The notes under the pieces are model-generated. The model searched no databases. It was given only the letters and a program-made list of their open reading frames with translations, and was not told the DNA's origin. The position numbers were made by a program, and so were the translations under genes. This document shows positions 56,673-64,000 of a DNA stretch of 64,000 nucleotides, in pieces (the stretch's first letter is position 1; every line of letters begins with the position of its first letter). Source of the stretch: a phage; NCBI GenBank assembly GCA_026209155.1, contig GCA_026209155.1_3056.1; one strand, 5' to 3'.

Positions 56673-59369
56673 TCAGCCAAACAGGAAGTCTAACGAAGCT
56701 TTTTCTTCATAGTCCATACCAGCCGATTCACACATACCCGCAAGCGGTTTAACAAACGATTTTTGGAACAAAGTTGAGTAGTCAATCCAAGACAGTACAT
56801 CAGAACGAATTTCTTTTGGAAGTTCTGTGCCCGACGGCCAAGCAATGCACTTGTCACCAAATGGATTTCCTTCACGCAATGGAAGAACCATTACCTTATT
56901 TCCATCCAAAATTGGAGCTACACCTAAACCGCTAACAGCTCGACGATAAGTTAGCACACCACGAATATGGAACGGGCATTTAAATCCTGGCCAACCTTTA
57001 TCATCATATTTCGCTATATCGTTCGCAGTTTTTACTTCAGCAATAACTTTATAGTCAAGTTGACGATATTCTTTCTCGAAGTTCTTGTAATATTCTTGGA
57101 CAGACTCTTCACCTTCCTGAAGAATACGACGAATACTTTCTTCGAGAGCTTCTTGCACTGCCTTTGGTGTTGAACTCTGCTGAGTTTCCATACCCATGAT
57201 TTTTAGATGCGGTTCAGCAAATCGCTTATCTTCCATATCATAAACGTTCAGAGCATAACGCTTTTTCGCTTTCCAAAATCCACCAACGCCCTTTGAACCA
57301 AGCGGAGGGCAAGAAATAGCTTCACGGTCCATATGCATCAGATGCTCGCGGTTATTCATATAATCACATAACTCACGATATGCAACATCAATCATAGGTT
57401 CCATCTTTTTCTTACCGAACTGATTCATGAATTCAACTAAATCGTTCTGCTCTTTGAATCGGTCAAGACCAACTTTTTCAATAACTTTATCTACACAAAC
57501 ATATACCGAATCAGTATCACCTGCTGCAATGAAATCTTCACCATTAGTTCCGCATACTTTATTCAGATATTCATTAATTTTACGAGCAATCCACTGAATA
57601 CCAACTTGGCCGAAAATTGTGATAGCAGTAGCATTTCGCAAATCATAGTAACGGAAATGAATATTACCAAGAGCACCATAAAGACTGTTAATAAGAATTT
57701 TACGGTTCAGCTGATTTGTGTTAGCAAGTGTAGCCGCTTTTTCGCATTCCTCAATCAGACTATTGAGAACAGATTCAGTATAATTCGATAGTTCATTTAA
57801 GAAATCATCACTGAACTTAACATATCGTTCAACTTCTGGTTTAGTTGAACAGGACCCTGCGCCTTTCATAATAATCTTTTTAATAGCTTCGGCATTCATT
57901 TCTTCAGCGAACATTTTCTTTTTCCAATCTTTACGCTGGAAAAATACTTTAGCGATTTCCTTTGGAATGATACCTTCTTGATGCTTATCATACATCCATC
58001 CATTCGGAGAACAAGAATATTCATCACTCGGTTTAGGAGCTGTTCCTGCGATATATTCATGAATTGGATGAACTTTAAACTGCCCACGAATAGTCTCAGG
58101 ACTAATGTTAACCTGACGAATAATGCTCGGATACAGAGACGTCAAGTCAAAACTCATAATATATCGACGAGCAATTGGTTTAGGTTCAAATACAAATGCA
58201 CCCGGAAAACTTTGTTTAACGTGCGAACCTTGTTGAGGAATAACCTTGTGTTCACCTTTCAATGAGTTAAAAATAATAGCATCCCAAGTTTTAATAGGAC
58301 TCATTACACCAGAAAAAGGCATTTTAGCGTAATAAGACATACTTAAAACTAGATCGATAAACCCGCGAATTTTATCAATTGCTTGAACTGATTCTACGTC
58401 AATGATGTTATAACTAATGTATCGTTGATGATTAGTCTCACGAAGTTTATTAATAGGACCGTCGTATGGTAATTTACCTTTTTTGGTTTCATGTTGAGCA
58501 ACTGATTCCAAAGAGAATGACGGCAAATTAGTAAAAGCGAATTTCTTGTACAAATCTAAATAATCAAGAATAGATACGCCATCAATAGAATAAATTTCTT
58601 TGCTACCGTACATATTTTGAATTAGTTTAGATTTTACTCGACCGATTGGAGAGAAGCGTTTCATACTGCGTTCGCCCAGAACCATTTTAACACGATTCAT
58701 GATATACGGAACGTCAAATCCCTCAATATTCCAGCCGGTAAAAATAGCAGGTCTTTTCTGTTCCCAGAGATTAATATATTCCATGAGCATATCACGCTCA
58801 TTATCAAATGGCATATAAATTACTCGGTCAAGAATTTCTTGAGGAACTTCATCACCACCTTCACAGTCAAGCTTAGCAGCTAACTTTGCATCCCATTTTG
58901 ATACTGAACCATACATTGAATTCAAAAGGTCGAAAACATAAAAACGATCGTCAATTGAATCATAATGAGTGATAGCATCAATTTCATATTCTGCTTTCAT
59001 TGGGTCAGGAAATTTATCACCAGTAACCTCAATGTCACAGTTAGCTACACGAACAAATTTTCGGTCATAAACAATTTCTGAACCATACGTATCACTGATA
59101 TAAGCGAGTTTAAAATCGTTCATACCGAGAGCTTCGAGACCGATGTCTTCCATTCGCTTCATCCAATCTCGAGCATCTTTCATTGATGGAAATTTTTGAG
59201 GAGCGCAGTTTTTACCATAAATGTCTTTGTATTTTGACTCTTCCTTACAATGCCTAAACATAGTTGGAAGATATTCTACTTCACGAGTACGTTCCTTTCC
59301 GTTTTCATCAATATAACGTTCAACAATGTTATTTCCGACTGTTTCAATAGAGATATAAAATTCTTTCAT
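56673..59369 (-). CDS. 43: DNA polymerase gp43 (family B)
   Basis: 898 aa, identical length to T4 gp43; exo and pol motifs (FDIE, YGDTDS). Confidence 0.95.
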   Translation of the reverse strand: MKEFYISIETVGNNIVERYIDENGKERTREVEYLPTMFRHCKEESKYKDIYGKNCAPQKFPSMKDARDWMKRMEDIGLEALGMNDFKLAYISDTYGSEIVYDRKFVRVANCDIEVTGDKFPDPMKAEYEIDAITHYDSIDDRFYVFDLLNSMYGSVSKWDAKLAAKLDCEGGDEVPQEILDRVIYMPFDNERDMLMEYINLWEQKRPAIFTGWNIEGFDVPYIMNRVKMVLGERSMKRFSPIGRVKSKLIQNMYGSKEIYSIDGVSILDYLDLYKKFAFTNLPSFSLESVAQHETKKGKLPYDGPINKLRETNHQRYISYNIIDVESVQAIDKIRGFIDLVLSMSYYAKMPFSGVMSPIKTWDAIIFNSLKGEHKVIPQQGSHVKQSFPGAFVFEPKPIARRYIMSFDLTSLYPSIIRQVNISPETIRGQFKVHPIHEYIAGTAPKPSDEYSCSPNGWMYDKHQEGIIPKEIAKVFFQRKDWKKKMFAEEMNAEAIKKIIMKGAGSCSTKPEVERYVKFSDDFLNELSNYTESVLNSLIEECEKAATLANTNQLNRKILINSLYGALGNIHFRYYDLRNATAITIFGQVGIQWIARKINEYLNKVCGTNGEDFIAAGDTDSVYVCVDKVIEKVGLDRFKEQNDLVEFMNQFGKKKMEPMIDVAYRELCDYMNNREHLMHMDREAISCPPLGSKGVGGFWKAKKRYALNVYDMEDKRFAEPHLKIMGMETQQSSTPKAVQEALEESIRRILQEGEESVQEYYKNFEKEYRQLDYKVIAEVKTANDIAKYDDKGWPGFKCPFHIRGVLTYRRAVSGLGVAPILDGNKVMVLPLREGNPFGDKCIAWPSGTELPKEIRSDVLSWIDYSTLFQKSFVKPLAGMCESAGMDYEEKASLDFLFG

Positions 59370-59386
59370 AGATATTCCTTAGTTTA

Positions 59387-59406
59387 TAGCCCGAGTTATT
59401 AGGCTC
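59387..59406 (-). promoter_or_regulatory. gp43 translational operator hairpin (5-bp stem, loop AAUAACUC) next to the Shine-Dalgarno
   Basis: Minus-strand GAGCC-UAAUAACUC-GGGCU then AUAAACUAAGGAAUAUCUAUG. Confidence 0.65.
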
Positions 59407-59420
59407 TTGATATATTATAC

Positions 59421-59446
59421 TCCAAATAAGGGGCCGAAGCCCCTTG
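59421..59446 (-). terminator. CUUCGG hairpin terminator/stabiliser downstream of regA
   Basis: Minus-strand AAGGGGC-UUCG-GCCCCUU followed by AUUUGG; -10-like TATAAT follows. Confidence 0.55.
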
Positions 59447-59447
59447 C

Positions 59448-59816
59448 TTAATTACCAATCGTATATTTAGGAACGAGTTTCCATTCATGTTTTTGCTTAA
59501 AAGAAATAACTCGGAAGTTATTAGTTAAATCTTTCATAAAAGTTCTTTGACCGGGAGCGATTTCAATCAGTCCCCAATCTTCTAACAGCCATGCAATCGA
59601 ATCACGACGAACTTCATCTTCTTCTGTCATTTCAACCTGGCGACCATCCATACGAAGCATTTCTTTAAAATGAACGATATAGTATAGTCCTTTTTTCTGG
59701 AGAATATGGCAGGATTGATACAGAACTTTATCTTTATTATTAGCAATTCCCATACGAGTCAGAGTTTCTTTAACTTTCAGAAAATCTTCAGGTTTTTTAA
59801 GAGTAATTTCAATCAT
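59448..59816 (-). CDS. regA: Translational repressor RegA
   Basis: 122 aa as in T4 RegA; N-terminus MIEITLKKPEDFLKVKETLTRMGIANNKDKVLYQSCHILQKKGLYYIVHFKEM. Confidence 0.9.
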   Translation of the reverse strand: MIEITLKKPEDFLKVKETLTRMGIANNKDKVLYQSCHILQKKGLYYIVHFKEMLRMDGRQVEMTEEDEVRRDSIAWLLEDWGLIEIAPGQRTFMKDLTNNFRVISFKQKHEWKLVPKYTIGN

Positions 59817-59817
59817 T

Positions 59818-60381
59818 TTACCATTCCAATGCTAGTTTTTTGAGTTGTTTCTGTTCTTTTACATTCTTAGTCACTTCTTTCAAAAAATCATCCGTGACTA
59901 AACCTTTTAGTTCTTTTAATACTAAAGGAAGTTTTCCATTTTTAGTAAGAATTGATTTATAGTTAATTGCATCGTTTGTATTAACTTGATACCGCTTAGC
60001 AAGTAACTTAATAATCAATACTTCAGTAGAATCTTCGACCAGTTTTGCCCATTTACCATATCTTTTACCCCGAGGAACAGCAGCCATCAGATAATTAAAA
60101 TGGGCTTCATCGCTTAAACCTGATCCAATTAAATTCATAGCATATACAGCTGGCATGCACTCAGGAAATTGTGATAATGCATTCTCAACCATGTATTTTG
60201 AATAATCTTTTTGAGCAATAGAGCATTTAGTTTTATTATTGATAGCCCCAATTATTTCAAAAAATTCATTTTCAGCTTTTTCCTTAAAAGAATCAGCAGC
60301 AGATTGGACAGCTGTCCAATCTTTTGAATACCAAGCAACTTGATGCTCGTTTAATTGAATATCATCTTCAAATAAGCTCAT
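59818..60381 (-). CDS. 62: Clamp loader small subunit gp62 (187 aa from internal Met MSLFEDD; track ORF to 60402)
   Basis: Position between regA and 44; length matches T4 gp62. Confidence 0.8.
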   Translation of the reverse strand: MSLFEDDIQLNEHQVAWYSKDWTAVQSAADSFKEKAENEFFEIIGAINNKTKCSIAQKDYSKYMVENALSQFPECMPAVYAMNLIGSGLSDEAHFNYLMAAVPRGKRYGKWAKLVEDSTEVLIIKLLAKRYQVNTNDAINYKSILTKNGKLPLVLKELKGLVTDDFLKEVTKNVKEQKQLKKLALEW

Positions 60382-60382
60382 A

Positions 60383-61342
60383 TCACTTCCACTGCATTTC
60401 ACATGCTAATTGAATGAAAAGATAAGCTAGATGCAATTCAGTATTAGCTGCAATACCATGATACTGATTATTTTCGCCGACAATTTCGTACATACGAATA
60501 ATACTCTGCGGAGTTACACGTGAATAGATTTCTTCGGCAAGTTTACCCACGAACCACGAATAATCAGCTGCATATTTTGGTGCTAAAGCTCTGAGTTGTT
60601 TAACATCTTTATTTTTGAGAGACTCAAGAACATCATCAATAGCACCACGATCGTTAGTAACCAGTGATAAAATACCAGCATCCAAAACACCTTTAGATGA
60701 ATAACTATCGAGCTCGCCAATAGTTTTACGAAAATCAGGAAAATTCTTTTTAACCAAAGCTGCTACAACTTTCATATCAGCTATAGCAATTCCTTCGCGC
60801 TTACAGATTTCAGTCAATCGCCGAATCATCTGCTTCATCATTTCAATTTTATCTTCATCGGTCGGTTGACCGAATGTAATAACTCGACAGCGTGACTGAA
60901 GTGGTTTAATAATACCATCAATATTGTTAGCAGTAATAATAATACTACAGTTTGAACTATAAGCTTCCATAAAGGAACGAAGATGTCGCTGAGACTCTGC
61001 TAACCCTGAGCGGTCAAATTCATCAATAACGATTACTTTTTGACGACCATCAAATGAAGCGGCGCTGGCAAAATTAGTCAAAGGACCACGAACGAAATCA
61101 ATTTTACAATCTGATCCATTCACAAACATCATATCAGCATTTACATCATGACACAATGCTTTTGCCACAGTTGTTTTACCTGTTCCTGGAGAAGGAGAAT
61201 GAAGAATAATATGTGGAATCTTACCTTTACTTGTAATAGATTTAAAGGTTTCTTTATCAAAGGCGGGAAGAATACATTCATCGATAGTAGATGGACGATA
61301 TTTCTGTTCAAGAATGTGTTCTTTTTCATTTACGGTAATCAT
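60383..61342 (-). CDS. 44: Clamp loader large subunit gp44 (AAA+), 319 aa from internal Met MITVNEKE
   Basis: Walker [11 protein letters not shown]; DEFD Walker B; length equals T4 gp44. Confidence 0.9.
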   Translation of the reverse strand: MITVNEKEHILEQKYRPSTIDECILPAFDKETFKSITSKGKIPHIILHSPSPGTGKTTVAKALCHDVNADMMFVNGSDCKIDFVRGPLTNFASAASFDGRQKVIVIDEFDRSGLAESQRHLRSFMEAYSSNCSIIITANNIDGIIKPLQSRCRVITFGQPTDEDKIEMMKQMIRRLTEICKREGIAIADMKVVAALVKKNFPDFRKTIGELDSYSSKGVLDAGILSLVTNDRGAIDDVLESLKNKDVKQLRALAPKYAADYSWFVGKLAEEIYSRVTPQSIIRMYEIVGENNQYHGIAANTELHLAYLFIQLACEMQWK

Positions 61343-61365
61343 AATTTCCTCATTCAAGTTTTAGT

Positions 61366-61390
61366 GTAAATTATAAAGGGCCGAAGCCCT
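61366..61390 (-). terminator. CUUCGG hairpin between genes 45 and 44 (partial terminator / RNA stabiliser)
   Basis: Minus-strand AGGGC-UUCG-GCCCU followed by UUAUAAUUU. Confidence 0.5.
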
Positions 61391-61393
61391 CTA

Positions 61394-62080
61394 TTAAAAA
61401 TCGTGGGTAGAATCAGCTTCAAGAGCTACTACATAATTCGCATGTTCACCTTCAAATTTAGCAGCACCTTGTTTACCTTTTGCCCAGAGCAGAAGTTTAT
61501 AATTTCCTGGTTGCATTTTCATATTTGCCATATTGATAATGAAATTAAATGTATTTTCACCATCATAATCACCAAGAGTCAAAGAATATTTAACACGGGT
61601 TAAAGCAGAATCTTCTACTTTATTAAAACCGTTAATTACGATTTTACCTTCTTTTACCGTGATAGCAATTGTATCAATTTGCAGACCACGGGATACACGC
61701 AACAGTTGTTGAAGGTCTTCAGCTTTAATTTCAGTAACAACAGATGCTACCGGGAATGGAATTGGTTTATTAGGAGCAACTACTGTACTCGGATCGGCTG
61801 CTGGCCAAAAAATTGTTGAACGAGCATCAGCAATTTTAATATTTCCATCTTCTGACTGGGAAATTTCTGCATCATCATTAACTAGAGACAGAATACCGAG
61901 AAAACCGTTCAAATCGTAAATTGCTACATCAAAATCAATAACGTCAGAAATATTTGCTTCCGCATAAGTTGTACCATTAACTGCACGAGTCATAATAAAT
62001 TGACCAGATTTAAGCATAATACCGGAGTTAATAGTAGCGAAATTTTTCAAAATATTCAGTGTGTCTTTAGATAATTTCAT
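61394..62080 (-). CDS. 45: Sliding clamp gp45
   Basis: 228 aa as in T4 gp45; N-terminus [46 protein letters not shown]. Confidence 0.93.
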   Translation of the reverse strand: MKLSKDTLNILKNFATINSGIMLKSGQFIMTRAVNGTTYAEANISDVIDFDVAIYDLNGFLGILSLVNDDAEISQSEDGNIKIADARSTIFWPAADPSTVVAPNKPIPFPVASVVTEIKAEDLQQLLRVSRGLQIDTIAITVKEGKIVINGFNKVEDSALTRVKYSLTLGDYDGENTFNFIINMANMKMQPGNYKLLLWAKGKQGAAKFEGEHANYVVALEADSTHDF

Positions 62081-62964
62081 TTCAATTTCCTATTTACATA
62101 ATAGTTAGACCAGGACCGTACAGCACCCTGATAAGATTCGTCGTTAAACCCATTAGCTACTGCAATTTTACGAAATTTATTATAACTCGGTTTTCCGTAA
62201 GCATGCCATAAAGTTTTTAATTCATCTTCATGTTCAATCCAAGTTCCTCTAGCTTTAGATTTTCTAAATTTTGATTTGAATTCCGGTAAATTATTTCTAA
62301 CAGTTGCTTGAATTGAAGCTCTCTGTCTTCTTTCAGCATTATTCCATAACTCTTTTTGAGATTTAGAAATTTTTGATCTTACACTTTCTGAATTCATTAT
62401 ATCACTAAACTTTTTAGCATAACTACAATCAAGATATTTCAATTTCATCTTATTTGAAAGTTTAAGCTTTTTCTCATCGGTCCAGTGATTCTTCATTGAA
62501 TTAGATATTTTATATTTTACGCCAGAACTATGTTTGTAACCTTTACGAATACCAACATAATCGGGCGTAATTTCAGATTGCGAAAGCTTTACAATTTTTC
62601 CAGTTAAAACATTTTTATATGTTCCATATCCTTTAGCGCCAATTAAAGTATTTTCATCTGCGTATGCTTTATTAAAATATTTTATATTGCTTTTTGCTTT
62701 AACTTTTAATTGAAAAAATCTTTCCAATTTTCTTGGATCTAATATAGTTTCAGCTAAAATTTTGACGGTATATTTAGTGGTTTTAATAAGCTCAAAATAT
62801 TCATCACTATAACTCGATGACACGCTTCCAGTATAAATCTTTCCAGCTGAATCAATTATATTTGTTCCATCGAAAATTGCGTTAATTTTTGAACCTATAT
62901 AATAACACGGAAAAATATTTTTAGCTTCCCGCTCTGGAAAGCTAATAAGATATACTAAATTCAT
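62077..62964 (-). CDS. Free-standing GIY-YIG-like homing endonuclease candidate with NUMOD3-like repeats, inserted between rpbA and gene 45
   Basis: N-terminal [26 protein letters not shown], paralogous to the segG-like ORF; basic C-terminal half with SxxxKxKIS-like repeats. Confidence 0.6.
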   Translation of the reverse strand: MNLVYLISFPEREAKNIFPCYYIGSKINAIFDGTNIIDSAGKIYTGSVSSSYSDEYFELIKTTKYTVKILAETILDPRKLERFFQLKVKAKSNIKYFNKAYADENTLIGAKGYGTYKNVLTGKIVKLSQSEITPDYVGIRKGYKHSSGVKYKISNSMKNHWTDEKKLKLSNKMKLKYLDCSYAKKFSDIMNSESVRSKISKSQKELWNNAERRQRASIQATVRNNLPEFKSKFRKSKARGTWIEHEDELKTLWHAYGKPSYNKFRKIAVANGFNDESYQGAVRSWSNYYVNRKLK

Positions 62965-63350
62965 TTATTAAACTCGGCCACAATTGTTTCCGCAACAATT
63001 TGAGCAGCAACAATCAGACGTTCATCTGCATTACCGCAATATTCATCTTCAAGGCGTTCACCACATGAAGTCATAATAAATTTAGCACCAGCGTTTAGGG
63101 ATTCTGTAGTATGTTTGCGCATTAGTTCAATCCATTTATTACTTACTTCACGATCGATAGCTTCATAATACGCATGACGAGCAGGTGCAGATTTAATTTT
63201 GTTCTGAATAACTTCCATTGCGTTATCAGAAAGAGACAAAACCCATGCTCGACGAATTTTATTTTGGTTTTGTGGATTTGATTCAGAACGCACGTGTTTT
63301 GGCTGAATATCTTTTACGTCAACAGTATAATTCACAGTAATTTTAGTCAT
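62961..63350 (-). CDS. rpbA: RNA polymerase-binding protein RpbA
   Basis: 129 aa as in T4 RpbA; position between 46 and 45. Confidence 0.75.
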   Translation of the reverse strand: MTKITVNYTVDVKDIQPKHVRSESNPQNQNKIRRAWVLSLSDNAMEVIQNKIKSAPARHAYYEAIDREVSNKWIELMRKHTTESLNAGAKFIMTSCGERLEDEYCGNADERLIVAAQIVAETIVAEFNK

Positions 63351-63359
63351 AATACACCT

Positions 63360-63548
63360 TTAGTCATAATAATCAGTAACAGTCCAAGCTTCATTTCTAT
63401 TGGACATTATTTTTGTATATTCTGATTTAAATGCATTCCTAAGCATAGATTCAGTAACTATATGCTCTTCATTAGAAAAATTATTTCTCAGAATATATCG
63501 TTTTATTTCAGGAATAGTTAATAGATGCTGTCCAGTTGAATATTCCAT
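63360..63548 (-). CDS. Hypothetical small protein (45.2-like)
   Basis: 62-aa ORF. Confidence 0.5.
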   Translation of the reverse strand: MEYSTGQHLLTIPEIKRYILRNNFSNEEHIVTESMLRNAFKSEYTKIMSNRNEAWTVTDYYD

Positions 63549-63603
63549 GTTTTTCCTCCATAGAGATTATACTCTAATAAATTAAAGCATAATCTCTTAT
63601 AAA

Positions 63604-64000
63604 TTAAACCATTACAGTAAATCGACCAACTTTCTTCATTTGAAGATGCTGACCATATTCTTGCGGGTCATGGTCTTTATGCGAAATTATAAAAACATTA
63701 GTATTTTTCATTGAATTTATAATATTAGCTACACCTTTAATACCTTCGGCATCAAATGACCCATCAAACACTTCATCAAGAATTAATGTACTAATACTAA
63801 CACCAGATACGATAGAAGCAATATCACGCCAAGTAAATAAAAGAGCAATATCGATTCGTGCCTTTTCACCTTCACTAAATGAAGCATAACTAAAATCTTC
63901 ACGACCACGGGATTTAATTGTCTCATTAAATTCTTCATCTAATGTAAACACATAATCCGCTTCCATTATTTTAAGATAATGGTTAATCTGCTTATTAAAT
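63604..64000 (-). CDS. 46: Recombination endonuclease subunit gp46 (SbcC/Rad50-like), C-terminal part; gene continues past the window end
   Basis: ABC ATPase signature and D-loop (LILDEVFDGSFD) and H-loop (FIISHKDH) at C-terminus; open to window edge. Confidence 0.85.
   Translation of the reverse strand, partial: FNKQINHYLKIMEADYVFTLDEEFNETIKSRGREDFSYASFSEGEKARIDIALLFTWRDIASIVSGVSISTLILDEVFDGSFDAEGIKGVANIINSMKNTNVFIISHKDHDPQEYGQHLQMKKVGRFTVMV

Overview
This window reads as a contiguous segment of a T-even (T4-like, Tevenvirinae) coliphage genome. Calls rest on reading the supplied ORF translations against remembered T4 proteins and gene order; no database search was possible. Minus strand, high to low coordinate: 46(partial)-rpbA-[GIY-YIG-like gene]-45-44-62-regA-43-imm-42-[glycosyltransferase]-uvsX-40-41-dmd-61.4-sp-61.2-61.1-61-56-soc-[six unknown ORFs]-modB-modA-srd-dda-dexA-[accessory ORFs]-39-rIIA-rIIB-denB-ndd-stp-ac-52-motA-arn-asiA. 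Plus strand: long tail fibre genes 34-35-36-37-38 and holin t. Minus strand again: rnh-dsbA-33-59-[segG-like GIY-YIG]-32-[small ORFs]-frd-[119-aa ORF]-td(group I intron with I-TevI)-nrdA-nrdB-denA-rnlA(partial). Relative to T4 as I remember it, the phage is mosaic: the td intron is present, but nrdA/nrdB are contiguous (no nrdB intron, no mobE), gene 39 is unsplit (no gene 60 bypass), gp38 is the long Gly-rich adhesin type, gp37 carries a C-terminal chaperone-like domain, and a different glycosyltransferase sits at the beta-gt locus. I found no single clearly novel system; the best candidates for follow-up are two paralogous GIY-YIG-like genes, a 119-aa ORF between frd and td, a plus-strand small membrane ORF between 56 and 61, a tandem paralog pair upstream of dexA, and many tiny membrane-peptide genes missed by the ORF track. 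Hand-called coordinates for small ORFs and motifs may be off by 1-2 nt: at 49141-49352 my reading of the sequence is offset by 1 nt from the ORF track and I could not resolve it.
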